The translations under genes and the position numbers were made by a program. Under the pieces are notes generated by a model that worked only from the letters and a program-made list of their open reading frames with translations, was not told where the DNA came from and searched no databases. This document shows positions 35,920 to 39,939 of a DNA stretch of 39,939 bases, piece by piece; position 1 is the first letter of the stretch, and every line of letters begins with the position of its first letter. Location: positions 1-39,939 of the forward strand of contig JAUWXE010000002.1 in NCBI GenBank assembly GCA_030616535.1, read 5' to 3'. Origin of the DNA: Candidatus Aerophobota bacterium (GTDB taxonomy: Bacteria > Aerophobota > Aerophobia > Aerophobales > AE-B3A).

Positions 35920-36978
35920 ATGTGGGATGATCTGGAAAGGCTAGAAAAAATTGATAGAAGCAAAATGTGGAAACTCTTATTTGATTTCCCCCTTCAGTGT
36001 CGGCAGGCAATTATGCTGGCAGATGCTTTACCCCTTTCTCCTCAAACTTCACGCCAATTAAACAAGACTGTAGTATGTGGGCTGGGTGGATCAGCTATAG
36101 GAGGTGATATATTAAAGACGCTCCTTTTCCAAAAATTGAAAATACCAATTTTGATCAACCGAAACTATGGCTTGCCTCGACTGGTAGATGAAGAGACGTT
36201 GGCCTTCATTGTGAGTTATTCAGGAAGCACCGAGGAAACTCTTTCGGCTTATGAGGAGTGTAAGAAAAGGAGGTCTTTTCTTATTTCCATTTGTAGTGGG
36301 GGTGAGTTAAAAGATTTAAGTAAACAGGATGAAGTGCCATGTCTGATTGTTCCTTCCGGGATGCCTCCTCGCACAACCATTGGTTATCTATCTATTCCCC
36401 TGCTCAGAATCCTAGAGAGACTAAAATGGGTAGAACCTCAAAATTACGAGGAATTACTTCAAGTTTTAGGTGAAGTCAGGAAGAGATGTCATCCGGAAGT
36501 CCCATTGAGTAAAAATCCGGCTAAATCCCTTGCACAAGAGCTTCTCGGCAAGATTCCCCTCGTGTACGGCGTAGAAGGAAATACAGATGTGGTTGCCCAC
36601 AGGTTAAAGACCCAGTTTAACGAAAATAGTAAAATCCTGGCCTTCTGGAACGTTTTCCCCGAACTTAACCATAATGAGATTGTGGGATGGGGAGAGGAAG
36701 GAAAGATAGATTTAAAAAGATTTTACCCTATTTTTATTCGAGATCATGGCGAGGCAGAAAAAATTAAAAAAAGGATTGAAATTACTCAATCCATAATAAA
36801 AAAGCGAAAAGTAAAATGGTCTGAAATCTGGACAGAAGGGAAAGATAAGTTAATCAGAGTTCTATCGGCAATATACATAGGAGACTGGGTGAGTTTTTAT
36901 TTAGCTATAGCTGAGGAAGTTGACCCTACACCAGTGAAGATGATCGATTTTTTAAAGAAAGAATTGAGTAAAGCCTAG
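35920..36978 (+). CDS. Bifunctional phosphoglucose/phosphomannose isomerase (SIS domain)
   Basis: GLGGSAIGGD and SYSGSTEET SIS motifs. HNE..GW pattern of the PGI/PMI family. 352 aa. Confidence 0.8.
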   Translation: MWDDLERLEKIDRSKMWKLLFDFPLQCRQAIMLADALPLSPQTSRQLNKTVVCGLGGSAIGGDILKTLLFQKLKIPILINRNYGLPRLVDEETLAFIVSYSGSTEETLSAYEECKKRRSFLISICSGGELKDLSKQDEVPCLIVPSGMPPRTTIGYLSIPLLRILERLKWVEPQNYEELLQVLGEVRKRCHPEVPLSKNPAKSLAQELLGKIPLVYGVEGNTDVVAHRLKTQFNENSKILAFWNVFPELNHNEIVGWGEEGKIDLKRFYPIFIRDHGEAEKIKKRIEITQSIIKKRKVKWSEIWTEGKDKLIRVLSAIYIGDWVSFYLAIAEEVDPTPVKMIDFLKKELSKA

Positions 36979-37038
36979 AGATACCTTCCTCATTTCCCTT
37001 GCAGCTTCGCTCGGTAGGAAAACAATTGCCTGGCAGTA

Positions 37039-37596
37039 TTAAACTTGAGATATCTCCTTTACCTTCTTTTCTTGAATCTCATCAATCTCTTTTATGAAAT
37101 CATCGGTGAGTATCTGAATATCCTTTTCGGCTCTTTTTTTCTCATCTTCAGAAATTTCTTTGTTCTTTTCCAGGTCGCTTATTTTTCCTCTTGCCTCTCG
37201 GCGTACATTTCTAACACTCACTCTCGTCTCTTCTGCCCACTGCTTAATCATCTTGGCTAGTCTTTCCCGCCTTTCCTCAGTCAAAGGGGGAATAGCTAAT
37301 CTAATCATGATCCCATCATTGGTAGGATTTATACCTAAATCAGAGGCTAAGATCGCTTTTTCTATATTTGCCAGAACGGATTTGTCCCATGGTTCGATAG
37401 CTATAAGACGAGGCTCAGGAATCGAAATATTGGAGATTTGCTCAAGGTTCATCCTTGAGCCATAGCAATCGACTTTTATCCCACTGACTAAATCCGCCCG
37501 GGCTCTTCCTCCTCGCATTCGAGCATATCTTTCGGAGAGACTGCGAATAGACTCCTCCATTCTTTTCTTGCTTTCCTGGTAGATTTCCTTTAACAT
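37039..37596 (-). CDS. frr: Ribosome recycling factor
   Basis: 185 aa with R.GRA....L..I.V.YYG and IRL.IP.LTEERR patterns. Confidence 0.93.
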   Translation of the reverse strand: MLKEIYQESKKRMEESIRSLSERYARMRGGRARADLVSGIKVDCYGSRMNLEQISNISIPEPRLIAIEPWDKSVLANIEKAILASDLGINPTNDGIMIRLAIPPLTEERRERLAKMIKQWAEETRVSVRNVRREARGKISDLEKNKEISEDEKKRAEKDIQILTDDFIKEIDEIQEKKVKEISQV

Positions 37597-37619
37597 TGCT
37601 TCCTCCGCCTCAAGATATT

Positions 37620-38345
<726 letters not shown>

Positions 38346-38350
38346 TTATT

Positions 38351-38950
38351 TTAACCTTCTCTTAGCTGGTATCTCACAAAACGGTGAATTTTTACGTTTT
38401 CGCCTATTTTGGCAATGACCTCCTCAAGATGTTGCCGTACTGTTTTTTTCTCATCCTTAAAAAAGGGCTGTTCTAAAAGGCAGACCTCTGAATAAAACTT
38501 CTTCATCCTTCCTCCTACAATTTTCTCAATAATTTTGCTAGGTTTACCTTCCTTTTCAGCCTGGACTTTCAGAATAGCCTTTTCTTCTTCAAGCACCTTT
38601 GCCGGGATTTCTTCCGCAGATATCCATTGAGGATCAAAGGCGGCGATATGCATAGCAACACTCTTGGCGAATTCTTGAAATTCGGAATTTTTTGTTACAA
38701 AGTCAGATTGACAATGAATCTCTACCAGTGTCCCCACCCTTCCATTATGATGAATATAAGAGGCAATGATGCCCTGAGCGGTTTTTTCACCACTTTTTCT
38801 CCGGGCAATCTCAATCCCCTTTCTCCTTAAAATTCTCTTTGCCTCTTCGAGATTACCTTTTGTCTCTACCAGAGCCTTCTTGCAATCCAAGATTCCGGCT
38901 AAGGTTTCCCCTCTTAACCTCCTTACTTTATCAAGTGAAACTTCCATCAT
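38351..38950 (-). CDS. tsf: Elongation factor Ts (short form)
   Basis: VRRLRGETLAGILDCKKALVETKGNLEEA UBA-like N-terminus, 199 aa, in rpsB-tsf-pyrH-frr order. Confidence 0.9.
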   Translation of the reverse strand: MMEVSLDKVRRLRGETLAGILDCKKALVETKGNLEEAKRILRRKGIEIARRKSGEKTAQGIIASYIHHNGRVGTLVEIHCQSDFVTKNSEFQEFAKSVAMHIAAFDPQWISAEEIPAKVLEEEKAILKVQAEKEGKPSKIIEKIVGGRMKKFYSEVCLLEQPFFKDEKKTVRQHLEEVIAKIGENVKIHRFVRYQLREG

Positions 38951-38973
38951 TTCTCACCTTTTTAAAGATTCTC

Positions 38974-39939
38974 TTAAGTCTCCTTTTCCGATTCTGCTTT
39001 TTTTATCTTTTTCTGCACTCTCTTCTCTTTTATTTTTTCTGCCTCGGCTGTCTTCCCAAAATCCTGCTTCTCGCTTTCTTTAGGCTTTTTCTCTGCATCT
39101 TTTTTTATCTGTTGCGGCTCATCTTCCGCCTCGGTCTCCATCTTCTCCTCTTGCGGCAAGGGTTCTATAGCTGACTCTAACTTCTCTTCTCCTTTTTCCT
39201 TTACGGCAACCTTTTCCTGTTCTGTCTTTATTTCCTCAGATCCCCTCACTTTTAATTCTTCCCTGGCGATCTCCTCTTCTTTTTCTTCTATTTTTTTCTC
39301 TTTTACCTCTTCGGCCTCTTTCCCCAATACTTTTTGTTTCTTTTCCCAAAGCATTTTTCCTTCTAAAATAGCATCAGCTATTTTAGAAGTAATCAGTCTA
39401 ATGCTTTTTATGGCATCATCATTAGCCGGAATAGGATAATCCACAAGACTAGGATCACCATTAGAATCCACCATAGCCACAATCGGAATGGCCAGTCTCC
39501 CTGCCTCCTTAACAGCTATTTCTTCCACCTTAAGATCGGTTACGAAAATAGCTTGAGGAAGGGTGGTCATGTTCTTGACACCGGCTAGATTTCGTCTAAG
39601 TTTTTCTGTCTCCCGACGAAAACTCATCTCCTCCTTCTTGGAGAGAACTCCCCATTCACTCGCTTCTTCCTGTTTTTCTAAATCACGGAGTCTATTTATT
39701 CTCTTCTTTACGGTGGAAAAGTTAGTTAAAAACCCTCCTAACCAACGACTGTTAATGTAATAAGCTCCACATCTTTTTGCTTCTTCCTCAATACACTTTT
39801 TCGCTTGCTGTTTAGTCCCCACGAATAACGCAGTTCCTTCTTCCGCTGCTAGACCTCTGACAAACTCACAAGCCTTTTCTATTTTTTTTACTGTTATGCT
39901 GAGATCAAGAATGTGTATTTGATTTCTTTCCTGATAAAT
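38974..39939 (-). CDS. rpsB: 30S ribosomal protein S2. The N-terminus lies beyond the window edge. It has a long K/E-rich C-terminal extension.
   Basis: The frame is open to 39939 ([13 protein letters not shown]...[10 protein letters not shown]...[12 protein letters not shown]...[19 protein letters not shown]). The listed ORF start at 39822 is an internal GTG. Confidence 0.92.
   Translation of the reverse strand: MYQERNQIHILDLSITVKKIEKACEFVRGLAAEEGTALFVGTKQQAKKCIEEEAKRCGAYYINSRWLGGFLTNFSTVKKRINRLRDLEKQEEASEWGVLSKKEEMSFRRETEKLRRNLAGVKNMTTLPQAIFVTDLKVEEIAVKEAGRLAIPIVAMVDSNGDPSLVDYPIPANDDAIKSIRLITSKIADAILEGKMLWEKKQKVLGKEAEEVKEKKIEEKEEEIAREELKVRGSEEIKTEQEKVAVKEKGEEKLESAIEPLPQEEKMETEAEDEPQQIKKDAEKKPKESEKQDFGKTAEAEKIKEKRVQKKIKKAESEKET

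Noticed and set aside
38839-39174. A Leu/Phe-rich 111-aa + strand ORF that looks like a membrane protein
   Set aside because: It is the antisense reading of the K/E-rich (AAG/GAA-rich) tail of rpsB, a low-complexity mirror artefact.

Overview
AT-rich bacterial chromosomal window, tightly packed with about 40 protein genes and 2 tRNAs. Almost all are core housekeeping genes. On the + strand: rny-nadD-rsfS, ilvD-hisC-cmk-plsC-ispH-rpsA-plsY, hup, a MerR-like regulator, trpS, secDF-murG-murC and purH-glyA-folC-ptsI-pgi/pmi. On the - strand: trkH with a radical-SAM gene, deoC, fabG, a fucose-isomerase-family gene, recO-rpoD-ychF-rpsF-ssb-rpsR-rplI, a LeuA/homocitrate-synthase-like gene, and rpsB-tsf-pyrH-frr. 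Many neighbouring genes overlap by ATGA (stop of one gene, start of the next). GTG and TTG starts are common, and TAA is a frequent true stop. I see no multi-gene defence or accessory island and no CRISPR array. The unusual content is mostly intergenic. (1) Structured repeats share GTATCGAGGGA...TCCCGAGATAC-type inverted ends but carry different interiors (15.3 kb, 25.5 kb, a degenerate copy at 18.1 kb, and a hairpin-only version at 5.1 kb). Two copies share a near-identical core of about 220-260 bp that holds a variable 9-bp tandem array and a small ORF with conserved start and stop. (2) GTAG-plus-palindrome REP-like units lie at 5.3 kb and 16.3 kb. (3) GTGAATN heptamer arrays occur at two loci. 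(4) A perfect 26-bp inverted repeat sits in front of the MerR-like gene. Two conserved genes carry lesions: an in-frame TAA in hisC and a 1-nt frameshift in ychF. Several housekeeping proteins have odd architectures: SecF has a ComEA-like HhH insert and a polybasic tail, S2 has a long K/E tail, and SSB has its tip-like motif buried 10 residues from the end. All functional calls come from motif recognition in the supplied translations. No database search was possible.
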